A stretch of DNA of 32,095 bases from Candidatus Pacearchaeota archaeon (GCA_023140635.1 JAGLLG010000007.1:1-32095), one strand, 5' to 3'; positions 24,364 through 32,095 are shown, counted from the stretch's first letter. The notes: a model not told the origin generated them from the letters alone. Numbers and translations: made by a program.

Positions 24364-24779
24364 TGGCAGAGAAAAAGGAAGCAACAAAGAGAAGCAAACC
24401 GAAATTTTTGAGAAATGATTGGCATAAGAAAATTAGGTTAGGTAGAACTGTAAAGAAAAATAGGAAATGGAGAGGTGCTAAAGGTAGACATAATAAACTT
24501 AGATTGAATAGAAAAGGACATTCGCAGAGGCCAAAGATTGGTTGGGGTGCAGAAGTTAAAACTAAGGGTTTTGTTGATGGTATCGAGGCTGTTAGAGTTG
24601 AAACTTTGAAAGCATTAGAATCCCTAAAGAAGGATGTCGGAATTATCATCGGATCTGTAGGAAAGAAAAAGAAGGAAGCAATTATTGCGAAAGCAAACGA
24701 AAAGAAAATTAAAATTTTAAATAAATACCGAAAGGCTACACCACTTAGTGTACCTGCCAATACTGGAGCCAAAAAATGA
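24363..24779 (+). CDS. rpl32e: Ribosomal protein L32e
   Basis: ..KPKFLRNDWHKKIRLG..KWRGAKGRHNK.R... Confidence 0.9.
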   Translation: MAEKKEATKRSKPKFLRNDWHKKIRLGRTVKKNRKWRGAKGRHNKLRLNRKGHSQRPKIGWGAEVKTKGFVDGIEAVRVETLKALESLKKDVGIIIGSVGKKKKEAIIAKANEKKIKILNKYRKATPLSVPANTGAKK

Positions 24780-25180
24780 ATTTAGCAAAAAAGAAAGAAT
24801 TAGCCGCGAAAGTTTTGAAGGTAGGAAAGAATCGGATTGTTTTTATGAAGAATCATTTATCAGAGATTAAAGAAGCGATTACTCGGATGGATATTCAAGA
24901 TCTCCATAAATCTGGAGCTATCCAGATTAAGGAAGTATGTGGTAGAAAGAAGATTGTTAAGAGAAAAAATCGAAGACGAGGCGGGAAGATTAAGAATAAA
25001 ACTAATAATCGAAAAGCAGAATATGTAATAATTACTAGAAAATTACGGAAACTTGTTAGAGGGTTTGTTAGACTTGGTGTAATTGACAAGGATAAAAATC
25101 GAGAAATTAGAAGGCAGATTAGGAGCCGAAAGTTTAGAAGCAAAAGACACTTAAAGGAAAGTTTGGAGGAATTACAATAA
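24776..25180 (+). CDS. rpl19e: Ribosomal protein L19e
   Basis: MNLAKKKELAAKVLKVGKNRIVF.., followed by a basic R/K tail. Confidence 0.9.
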   Translation: MNLAKKKELAAKVLKVGKNRIVFMKNHLSEIKEAITRMDIQDLHKSGAIQIKEVCGRKKIVKRKNRRRGGKIKNKTNNRKAEYVIITRKLRKLVRGFVRLGVIDKDKNREIRRQIRSRKFRSKRHLKESLEELQ

Positions 25181-25181
25181 T

Positions 25182-25727
25182 ATGGTATTAAAACAGAAGA
25201 TGAGCAAACGAACATTGAAGCGAAGGAGAAGAGAAAATAGAACAGATTATAAGACAAGGAGAACCTTGTTAACGTCAGGAATTCCTAGAATAGTTGTGCG
25301 AAGGACGAATAAATACTTTATTCTTCAGGCCGTTAAAAGCAAGGAAGCACAAGATAAAGTCACTGTTACAATTACCTCTAAAGAACTTTTAAAAAATGGA
25401 TGGGATGTTAAAATGGGTGGAAGTCTTAAGTCGATCCCAGCAGGATATCTAACAGGTTTGCTTCTAGCTAAGAAACTTAAAGGTGGAAAATATATCGTAG
25501 ATTTAGGGATGGCGCGAACAATTGCAGGTTCTCGAGTTTTCGCGGTTGTTAAAGGTTTAGTCGAAGGTGGTTTGGACATTTCAGCTAATGAAAAGGTTTT
25601 CCCGTCAGAAGAAAGGTTGAATGGAGAACACTTAAAGAGTGAGCTAAAAGATATGATTGCAAAAATCCGCCAAAATATATCTTCACCAAAATCTAAAAAG
25701 GAGGAGTTAAAGCAAAATGACAACTAA
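25182..25727 (+). CDS. rpl18: Ribosomal protein L18
   Basis: ..RRRRENRTDYKTRR.LL.SG.PRIVVRRTNKYFILQ... Confidence 0.9.
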   Translation: MVLKQKMSKRTLKRRRRENRTDYKTRRTLLTSGIPRIVVRRTNKYFILQAVKSKEAQDKVTVTITSKELLKNGWDVKMGGSLKSIPAGYLTGLLLAKKLKGGKYIVDLGMARTIAGSRVFAVVKGLVEGGLDISANEKVFPSEERLNGEHLKSELKDMIAKIRQNISSPKSKKEELKQNDN

Positions 25728-26574
25728 AGATGAAAAGGAAGTAAAAATCAAAGAAGAAGAGTTAACTCCCGAAGAACAATTAAAAAAAATGACTGAAAAA
25801 GTTGAAGCAAAAGAAAAGGTTAAAGAAGAGATTGTCTCGAAAGAAGCAGACGAATCTTTTAAAGCTGAAGAAGGTCGTGGAAAGTTTAAGAGAGAAAATT
25901 GGCAAGATCGGTTTGCCCGTGAAGCCCAGGAGAAATTAGACAATTGGGTGCCTAGGACACAATTAGGTAGAGATGTTCGTGCAGGAAGAATTGAAAATAT
26001 TGATGAAATTTTTGCAGAAGGTAGAAAGATTATGGAACCCGAGATTGTTGATTTGTTGATTAAAGATCTAAAGACTGATAGTTTGTTTATTGGACAAGCG
26101 AAAGGAAAATTTGGTGGTGGAAAGCGAAGAGCATTTAGACAGACTCAGAAGAAAACAAAGGAAGGTAATGTTTTGACGTTCGGTGTTATGGCTGTAGTGG
26201 GAGATGGTCATGGGCATGTCGGGATTGGATATGGTAGGGCTTCTGAAACACTTCCTGCAAAGGAAAAAGCATTTAGAAGTGCTAAATTGAATATTGTTAA
26301 GATTCCTCGAGGCTGTGCTAGTTATGATTGCTCATGTGACGAAGAACATAGCATCCCAAACACTGTTGAAGGTAAATGTTCCTCAGTTAGTGTTAAGTTA
26401 ATGCCTGCCCCTCAAGGGACGGGTTTAGTAATAGGTGATGAAATGAAAAAGATTTTGAGGCTTGTAGGGATAAAAGATGTTTATAGTAAATGTTTAGGGA
26501 AGACTAAGACAACATTTAATACTGCAAAGGCATGCATGCAAGCTTTGAATAAATTAGGAGACATGAAATTATGA
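25717..26574 (+). CDS. rps5: Ribosomal protein S5 with a ~70-aa K/E-rich N-terminal extension
   Basis: GGAGGAG lies upstream. The core is ..FGVMAVVGDGHGHVGIGYGRA.., ..CSCDEEHSIP..GKCSSVSVKLMPAPQGTGLV... Confidence 0.92.
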   Translation: MTTKDEKEVKIKEEELTPEEQLKKMTEKVEAKEKVKEEIVSKEADESFKAEEGRGKFKRENWQDRFAREAQEKLDNWVPRTQLGRDVRAGRIENIDEIFAEGRKIMEPEIVDLLIKDLKTDSLFIGQAKGKFGGGKRRAFRQTQKKTKEGNVLTFGVMAVVGDGHGHVGIGYGRASETLPAKEKAFRSAKLNIVKIPRGCASYDCSCDEEHSIPNTVEGKCSSVSVKLMPAPQGTGLVIGDEMKKILRLVGIKDVYSKCLGKTKTTFNTAKACMQALNKLGDMKL

Positions 26575-26912
26575 TATTAGTTTTAAGAATCGCAGGACAA
26601 GTCAAAAATAAAAAGAAAGATAATGAAACATTAAAGAGATTGAAGTTGAATAAAAAGTTTACTTGTATTTTAATTAAAGATGACGATATCGTACGGATGG
26701 GAATGGTAACGGCTGTTGCACATATGGTTGCCTATGGAAAGGTTGATGATGCATTTATTAAAGATTTGAAACTAGCAAGAAAAGATAATGAAGGAATTTA
26801 TTTTTTACATCCTCCACGAGGCGGATTTAAGAAGAGTTCAAAAGTTGCCGCACCAAGAGGAATTTTGGGTCAACACGAAGATATCGTTAAATTAGTTGGG
26901 AGAATGTTATGA
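26571..26912 (+). CDS. rpl30: Ribosomal protein L30 (short, 113 aa)
   Basis: MILVLRIAGQVKNKKKDNETLKRLKLNKKFTCILI.., positioned between S5 and L15. Confidence 0.85.
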   Translation: MILVLRIAGQVKNKKKDNETLKRLKLNKKFTCILIKDDDIVRMGMVTAVAHMVAYGKVDDAFIKDLKLARKDNEGIYFLHPPRGGFKKSSKVAAPRGILGQHEDIVKLVGRML

Positions 26913-27343
26913 AGACACACAAAAGAAAAAAGAACTCAAGAATTCGAGGAGCACGGACTGTTGGATGGGGATTCAGACAAAAGCATAAAGGACATGGTAA
27001 TAAAGGTGGTTTCGGTAAAGCTGGAACAGGAAAGAGGGGAGACCATAAAAAACAACTAGCCCGAGATTCAGATGAAAAGAAACAGTATTTCGGAAAACAA
27101 GGTGCAACTTCAAGAAGAACTGAGAGAGTAAGACATGAGAATATTAATTTGAGAGATATTAAAAACAATTTTTTCAAGAAAGATGGAGACAAGCTTGATT
27201 TTTCCAAACATAAAATCCTTGGAATGGGTGAAGGATTTAAAGCGGAGATTAAAGCTTTAAGCGCATCCGCTTCTGCGATCAAGAAGATGGAGAAAGCGGG
27301 TGGAAAGATTGTTTTGCCAGTTAAAAAAGAGAACAAAAAATAA
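26909..27343 (+). CDS. rpl15: Ribosomal protein L15
   Basis: ..RKKNSRIRGARTVGWG..KHKGHGNKGGFGKAGTGKRG... Confidence 0.9.
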   Translation: MKTHKRKKNSRIRGARTVGWGFRQKHKGHGNKGGFGKAGTGKRGDHKKQLARDSDEKKQYFGKQGATSRRTERVRHENINLRDIKNNFFKKDGDKLDFSKHKILGMGEGFKAEIKALSASASAIKKMEKAGGKIVLPVKKENKK

Positions 27344-27353
27344 TTCTACAAAA

Positions 27354-27364
27354 CTTTAAAAACC
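27354..27364 (+). promoter_or_regulatory. Internal A/T box CTTTAAAAACC about 21 nt upstream of the secY ATG
   Basis: Same motif and spacing as the ftsZ, FKBP and tRNA boxes. It lies in the only sizeable gap (41 nt) of the L3-to-secY gene string. Confidence 0.5.
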
Positions 27365-27384
27365 AAAATCCCCCTTCATAAAAC

Positions 27385-28752
27385 ATGGGACTCCGAGAGT
27401 TATTACACAATCTGCCAGAGGTTCGAGGACCAACGCAGAAGAAAGTTAGTTTTAACATTAAACTCAAATGGACATTAGTCATCCTCGTCGCGTTCTTCAT
27501 CCTCGCCAACATCCCCCTCTTCGGAATCGCCGAAGGTTCACTCTCGCGGTTCGAGTATCTAGCAATCTTGCTTGGAACTTCATTCGGTTCGATTATCTCC
27601 CTAGGTATCGGTCCTATCGTTATGGCTTCCATTATCCTACAATTACTTAACGGTGCACAGATTTTGAATATTGATACAAATACCGCAGAAGGTAAGAAAT
27701 TTTTTCAGGGGATGCAAAAACTTTTGGTCTTCGCTTTCGTAATTTTTGAGGCATTGGTTTACGTTCTAATGAAAGGTATCCAGGCAGATCCAGGGTTTAC
27801 AGGACTTGTAATTTTGCAGTTATGTCTCGGAGGTTTTTTAATCGTTTTTATGGACGAGGTTATTCAGAAATGGGGCTTCGGTAGCGGGGTCTCGTTATTT
27901 ATCGCGGCAGGTATTGGTTGGAGATTGTTTACTCAGTTGTTTCAGTTTATCGGAACACAAGGAACTTTCGAGGCATCAGGAAAAGTTTGGGCATTAATAT
28001 CATCAGTGATTGTCGGCGACGGTGCCGGTGCAGCGTGGGCAATTTTCCCCATCATTGTTACAGTAATTTTATTCCTGGCAGTAGTTTTCGCCCAGAGCCT
28101 AAAAGTAGAAATTCCCCTAGCATTCGACAGAGTCCGAGGTCATTCTGTTAAATGGCCATTGCAGTTTTTTTATGTTGGAGTTATCCCAGTTATCCTAGTT
28201 TCAGCTTTAGCCGCAAATCTACAACTATTCGCGTCGCTGTTACAGAACTGGCTAGGTCACGCAACATTTCTCGGAGGGTTCGGTTCCAACGGCGTTCCAG
28301 TCTCAGGCATATCCTACTGGATTCATTCCACCCCACTTTTAGAAACCATAATCAAAGGCAGCTTCAGATGGATTTACGCACTTCAAGCAACAGGTCACGT
28401 TTTGTTTTACACAGTCTTCTCCGTCCTATTCGCATTCTTCTGGGTTAGCACTTCAGGCCAGGATGCCCAAAGTCAGGCAAAAAAAATCATGAGTTCCGGA
28501 ATGAACATGCCCGGCTTCAGAAAAGACGAACGAGTTCTCGAATCAATTTTGAAAAGATATGTAACCCCCTTAACAGTTATGGGTGGTGCAGCAATCGGTC
28601 TGTTAGCGTCGGTGGCAAATCTATTCGGCGCATTAGTAGGTGGGACAGCGATTCTTTTAGCAGTCATGATTCTTTATCAGTTATATCAGAACATCGCACA
28701 ACAACACGCAGTGGACATGAACCCTGCCTTGAAAGGATTTTTCGGAGCATAA
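27385..28752 (+). CDS. secY: Preprotein translocase subunit SecY
   Basis: 10-TM profile. ..FGSIISLGIGPIVMASIILQLL.., ..GFGSGVSLFIAAGI.., and ..PGFRKDERV...L.RY.. match SecY/Sec61alpha blocks. It occupies the canonical position after L15. Confidence 0.95.
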   Translation: MGLRELLHNLPEVRGPTQKKVSFNIKLKWTLVILVAFFILANIPLFGIAEGSLSRFEYLAILLGTSFGSIISLGIGPIVMASIILQLLNGAQILNIDTNTAEGKKFFQGMQKLLVFAFVIFEALVYVLMKGIQADPGFTGLVILQLCLGGFLIVFMDEVIQKWGFGSGVSLFIAAGIGWRLFTQLFQFIGTQGTFEASGKVWALISSVIVGDGAGAAWAIFPIIVTVILFLAVVFAQSLKVEIPLAFDRVRGHSVKWPLQFFYVGVIPVILVSALAANLQLFASLLQNWLGHATFLGGFGSNGVPVSGISYWIHSTPLLETIIKGSFRWIYALQATGHVLFYTVFSVLFAFFWVSTSGQDAQSQAKKIMSSGMNMPGFRKDERVLESILKRYVTPLTVMGGAAIGLLASVANLFGALVGGTAILLAVMILYQLYQNIAQQHAVDMNPALKGFFGA

Positions 28753-28754
28753 AT
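28738..28754 (+). repeat. Direct repeat copy 1 (tttttcggagcataaat), covering the last codons and stop of secY
   Basis: Identical 17-mer found again at 28812..28828. Confidence 0.9.
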
Positions 28755-28774
28755 ATTTAGAAGTATGAGATTGT

Positions 28775-28794
28775 TAACGGGGATAAACCCGTTA
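28775..28794 (+). terminator. 7-bp hairpin TAACGGG-gataaa-CCCGTTA after secY
   Basis: Perfect stem read directly from the sequence, followed by an A/T-rich tract with T runs. Confidence 0.4.
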
Positions 28795-28811
28795 CTCAAA
28801 AATCTTTAGAT

Positions 28812-28828
28812 TTTTTCGGAGCATAAAT
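28812..28828 (+). repeat. Direct repeat copy 2, an orphan copy of the secY 3' end
   Basis: Identical to 28738..28754, 74 nt downstream. Confidence 0.9.
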
Positions 28829-28856
28829 TTAAAAAGAAATTTTTTCTTTAGTTAAT

Positions 28857-29261
28857 ATGACATTAACAGAGATGGTGATCCTGCATCCATATATTTCTCT
28901 AGCAGTAATTTCGTTTTGTGTAACTTTAGTTTCAACTCTCGTTCAAAAATGGTTGACGAATCAAGAGCATATGAAGAGTTTAAAGATGCGGCAGAAGGAG
29001 ATTCAGAAAGAGTTGAAAGGATGTAAGGAAGAACACATATTGAAAGAGTTAAATCTTGAGATGTTAAATCTAACAGGCATAATGATGAAGTCCTCGATGA
29101 AGCCAATGTTTGTGACAATTATTCCATTCTTAATTTTATTTAATTGGTTGAAAGGAACATACGGAGCAGAAGAACCTTTGATTGCAAGTTGGATTTGGTA
29201 TTATTTAGGATTTAGTATTGTTTCTTCAATGGCATTAAGAAAAGTTTTGAACGTTCATTGA
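28857..29261 (+). CDS. DUF106 family membrane protein (archaeal Oxa1/YidC/EMC3-like insertase candidate)
   Basis: TM1, then a charged coiled region ..QEHMKSLKMRQKEIQKELK.., then ..MMKSSMKPMFVTIIPFLILFNWL.. and TM3. The position downstream of secY is conserved in archaea. Confidence 0.68.
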   Translation: MTLTEMVILHPYISLAVISFCVTLVSTLVQKWLTNQEHMKSLKMRQKEIQKELKGCKEEHILKELNLEMLNLTGIMMKSSMKPMFVTIIPFLILFNWLKGTYGAEEPLIASWIWYYLGFSIVSSMALRKVLNVH

Positions 29262-30049
29262 ACTTTTCTAGATAGAAGATAGTCTACACATTTCTTTTTT
29301 ACCGTTTCATTTTTTGTTGGAAAATTGCCCTCACAGGCCCACTCGGATTGTTTTGTTATTAAGTCTGAGCATTGGGATTTTTTTGTTTCATCTTCTATTA
29401 AGTCGCATAAGAACAGGGAGTTTCGAAATTTGTTTATATCTGCCAGATATAATAGACATAAATCTCTATCTCTTGTTTGTTCACATAGAAAAACCTGATC
29501 GTCTTTACTTATGTCAAGTGAGGTAAGTTTATTTAGGTGTATTGCCATAGAGAAATAGCAAAGATCTTGTTTGTCGAAGCCTGATTCTTCTGCACGTTTT
29601 TTGGTATTAGGATTTTCCATCATTGATTCAGGGAAAGGATCTTTTGGGATTTTTTCACAAAGAGAAAGTATTTTTTTATCGTATATGGAGTCGTCTTGAT
29701 TGATGAGGTAATGCTGGAAGATAGACCACCTTGAGCATTCTAGATATTTAGTAAGGCTGGCGCTTGAGAAACATAAATCGAATCTTTTATCTCCTGATTC
29801 GGATATGTTCATATAAGTTGCGGCGTAAATTGATAGTGATATGTAAAATACAATGAGTATAATTACGGCTATGACTTTAAAGTTGAGTTCTTTTTTACTT
29901 GTTGTAATAATTTTTTTAATTATAAAAGTTAGTATTATACCTACGATGAAGAGTTGTGCTAGGATTATTAGTGAGAATAAAACTGATATAACCTCAAATA
30001 ATATAGCTGGTCCAAATATCGCAAATCCTCCAAATAAGAAATTTGTCAC
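29255..30049 (-). CDS. Cys-rich membrane-anchored hypothetical protein (264 aa from a GTG start), possibly the 3' part of a longer interrupted gene
   Basis: Three N-terminal TM segments followed by a Cys-rich soluble domain. There is no promoter box or SD before the GTG. A 50-aa ORF lies upstream in the same frame (see findings). Confidence 0.5.
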   Translation of the reverse strand: MTNFLFGGFAIFGPAILFEVISVLFSLIILAQLFIVGIILTFIIKKIITTSKKELNFKVIAVIILIVFYISLSIYAATYMNISESGDKRFDLCFSSASLTKYLECSRWSIFQHYLINQDDSIYDKKILSLCEKIPKDPFPESMMENPNTKKRAEESGFDKQDLCYFSMAIHLNKLTSLDISKDDQVFLCEQTRDRDLCLLYLADINKFRNSLFLCDLIEDETKKSQCSDLITKQSEWACEGNFPTKNETVKKKCVDYLLSRKVQ

Positions 30050-30237
30050 TAGAGATGGTACTCAAAATAATATTTCTAAAAAAAGATAGTTTCCTGATTG
30101 CATTAGTCCACTCGTGTTTACTAGGAAGTGTCTTATTATTAAGGATGTGAAAAGGGATAAACATAGATTTAATATTATTAATTTTTTATTTTCCCTATAA
30201 ATAGATTTCAACATATTGGGAATACTTGGTTTTTTAT

Positions 30238-30247
30238 GTTTATAATC
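30238..30247 (-). promoter_or_regulatory. GATTATAAAC box 23 nt upstream of ATG 30214 (minus strand)
   Basis: It is correctly spaced for a leaderless start of the 50-aa ORF that precedes the 264-aa ORF. Confidence 0.4.
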
Positions 30248-30328
30248 TTTCTGTTCAGATTGTGGTTATGTAGTATCTCAATATTATTTCGCATACATTT
30301 CCCCTTTCCTTCCTCCCAGCATCTCCAA

Positions 30329-31144
30329 TTATATTTTTTTCAACTTCGCCTTTCTAACAAATTGTTTAGGGCTTAAAACACCAAATTCACTAACAATTCC
30401 CGACAACAATTTCAGTTTCGTTTTATCGAAAGCAGGGTTAATAACATCTATTTTCTCATCCCTATCATCCCAAACCTCTCGAGAGGAACGTTTTTCTATT
30501 TCAATCTTCTTCCCAAACTTCAACGAAACTCCACAAGAGTACCTCGGAATCTTATGAAACTTTGCTAATTGTACCAACATATTCGTTCCAATTTTATTCG
30601 CTAATTTGGTCTTTGTAAAAGCATCCGCACCAAATAAAAAGATATCACATTTCTCTAAAGATTGTTCTGCGGCGAGGTCAGGAGCAACGATTATTTTAAT
30701 ATTTGCTTTCGCCAAATCTTTTGCACTAGCACGTCCTTGAAGCAACGGTTCGACTTCAGTTGTGTAAACTACAAATTTTTTCTTTTGTTTCTTCTTTGCA
30801 TATTTCAAAATATCGATTACCGTAGAGGAATGGCAATGCGTGTAAACATTCATATCGTTTTTAATTAACTTAGCCCCATACTTCGCAATTTTCTCATGAG
30901 ATTTTTTCAAATCTTTAAGAAATTTTTTCGCAGTTAAACTCGGCCGTTTTGATTTAAGTAAAATCTTTATCGCATTTTGCATTAGTGGTTCTGTAGGTCT
31001 TGTTTTAAGAATTTCCTTCGCCGACTTTTTTGTAGGTTCCAGTAAGAAAGCTTTAATCCCAGCCTTCGCGATATTTTCCGCACCCTGAATTTTCACAGAC
31101 ACTATATCTGACAGTATTTTTTCTATATTTCTTCCCTTTTTCAT
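30329..31144 (-). CDS. eIF-2B alpha/beta/delta family protein (ribose-1,5-bisphosphate isomerase-like)
   Basis: ..VYTHCHSSTVIDILKYA..KKFVVYTTEVEPLLQGR..AKDLAKANIKIIV..D.A....L.K.D.FLFGADA..K..LANKIGTNMLVQLAKFH.IP.Y... These are the family blocks. At 271 aa it is shorter than typical members. Confidence 0.8.
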   Translation of the reverse strand: MKKGRNIEKILSDIVSVKIQGAENIAKAGIKAFLLEPTKKSAKEILKTRPTEPLMQNAIKILLKSKRPSLTAKKFLKDLKKSHEKIAKYGAKLIKNDMNVYTHCHSSTVIDILKYAKKKQKKKFVVYTTEVEPLLQGRASAKDLAKANIKIIVAPDLAAEQSLEKCDIFLFGADAFTKTKLANKIGTNMLVQLAKFHKIPRYSCGVSLKFGKKIEIEKRSSREVWDDRDEKIDVINPAFDKTKLKLLSGIVSEFGVLSPKQFVRKAKLKKI

Positions 31145-31215
31145 AAAACTAACAATAGGTTCAACTATAAAAGTTTGTCGAATATTATATAAACTAAACT
31201 TGTCTAAGAGAATAT

Positions 31216-32073
31216 ATGATAGAGATGTTGATGAAACCGAAAAAGGCAGAGAGGCGGCCCTGGGAAATGTTCTTCATTGGATTATTTTATGCTTCGGTCT
31301 CCTTCCTTTTAGTTTGGTGGTTTTTTAGTAAAGATTCCGTCTTAAGAGAAGGCTCAGGACTTTTGATGGTGATTTTTACTGTTATGTGTTGTTTACCTTT
31401 TATGTATTATATCATTAAACTTGAAGAGGGAAAAGATATCGAAATTGATGATTCTGGAAGACTGATCAAAGAACATTCCAAGGCACTTTATGCCTTGATG
31501 TGGATGTTCTTAGGATTTGTCGTAGCGTTTTCAGTGTGGTATATTGTATTTCCGGACACAGCAGGACAGAATTTTAATTTTCAGATAAAAACTTTTTGCG
31601 CTATTAATAGTCCATTACATTACTCTAAATGTATCGATAATCATGGTGTTCCTCTAGCTACTGGGGCCGTTACAGGGATGTATAATTTCTTCGCAATTTT
31701 TTCAAATAATATCTATGTTCTGATGTTCACAATTCTTTTTTCGCTTATTTTTGGCGCAGGGGCAATATTTATCCTTGTGTGGAATGCGTCGGTGATAGGT
31801 GCAGCAATTGGAATTTTCGCAAATAAAAGTTTGATTAATTTACCAAGTGGATTGTTTAGATATATGATCCATGGGATCCCGGAGATTAGCGCTTATTTTG
31901 TTGGGGCATTGGCCGGAGGAATTATCTCTGTCGCAGTTATCCGTAAGGATTTACAAGGGGAACAGACTTGGAAGATCTTACAGGATTCGTTGCTATTGAT
32001 AATTATTGCTATTACAATTCTAGTTGTGGCTGCATTGATGGAGATTTATTTAACACCGTTATTGTTTAATTAG
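31216..32073 (+). CDS. SpoIIM-like (DUF95) integral membrane protein
   Basis: Six TM segments and the ..MIHGIPEISAYFVGALAGG.. motif typical of the stage II sporulation protein M family. A TTATATAAAC box lies 23 nt upstream. Confidence 0.6.
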   Translation: MIEMLMKPKKAERRPWEMFFIGLFYASVSFLLVWWFFSKDSVLREGSGLLMVIFTVMCCLPFMYYIIKLEEGKDIEIDDSGRLIKEHSKALYALMWMFLGFVVAFSVWYIVFPDTAGQNFNFQIKTFCAINSPLHYSKCIDNHGVPLATGAVTGMYNFFAIFSNNIYVLMFTILFSLIFGAGAIFILVWNASVIGAAIGIFANKSLINLPSGLFRYMIHGIPEISAYFVGALAGGIISVAVIRKDLQGEQTWKILQDSLLLIIIAITILVVAALMEIYLTPLLFN

Positions 32074-32095
32074 ATATATTTTTAAGCGTCCAATC

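Noticed and set aside
27468-28448. Alternate-frame ORFs inside secY (27468..27650, 27918..28151, 28152..28448, 28473..28667)
   Set aside because: They are Arg/Ser/Pro-rich products of the locally G+C-rich secY sequence, and the SecY frame is unambiguous.
28765-28809. 14-codon ORF (MRLLTGINPLLKNL) between the secY repeat copies as a real micro-gene
   Set aside because: It aligns with the start of the downstream DUF106 gene and is best explained as a decayed duplicate of that start. There is no independent support for it.
30062-30064. TGA reassignment (code 4/25-like) or selenocysteine at the in-frame stop
   Set aside because: TGA terminates several well-defined r-protein genes in the same window (L3, L4, S17), and no SECIS-like context is evident. 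A pseudogene, sequencing error or two coupled ORFs are more likely.
1-32095. Mobile elements, integrases, CRISPR arrays, rRNA genes and toxin-antitoxin pairs
   Set aside because: No transposase, integrase or Cas-like ORFs are present, no spaced repeat arrays occur, and no rRNA-like sequence was recognised. The short direct repeats found flank segments of only 41-106 nt that have no coding capacity.

Overview
The window is a compact, visibly AT-rich archaeal chromosome segment. The gene set points to a reduced-genome, DPANN-like archaeon: L32e, L19e, S4e, L40e, aIF5A, aSUI1, Taw1, and P0/P1 stalk proteins. Nearly all of it is housekeeping. From left to right it holds a partial ftsZ that I found by hand (it is not in the ORF track), a long-type FKBP PPIase, aIF5A-L40e, a site-2 protease, Taw1, the L1-L10-L12 operon, and two tandem tRNA-Ser genes. 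These are followed by a membrane-anchored cyclophilin, AMP phosphorylase, an AI-2E transporter, and the large ribosomal cluster L3-L4-L23-L2-S19-L22-S3-L29-SUI1-S17-L14-L24-S4e-L5-S14-S8-L6-L32e-L19e-L18-S5-L30-L15-SecY. The right end carries a DUF106/EMC3-like insertase, an eIF2B-family (ribose-1,5-bisphosphate isomerase-like) gene and a SpoIIM-like membrane protein. A/T boxes (TTTATAAA or YTTAAAAACC) sit about 20-25 nt before many start codons, which implies mostly leaderless transcripts. I see no rRNA, CRISPR array, transposase, integrase or obvious defence island. I cannot point to a clear multi-gene novel system. The best second-look items are listed here.
- An extra translationally coupled small ORF lies between L4 and L23.
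- Orphan fragments of gene ends flank both tRNA-Ser genes and the secY 3' end. They look like short junction duplications.
- secY, ftsZ, FKBP and a 117-aa ORF have higher G+C at synonymous sites than their neighbours.
- A membrane protein gene appears to be interrupted by an in-frame TGA.
- Two small operons of unknown function are present: 117 aa + 227 aa, and Zn-ribbon + GIY-YIG.
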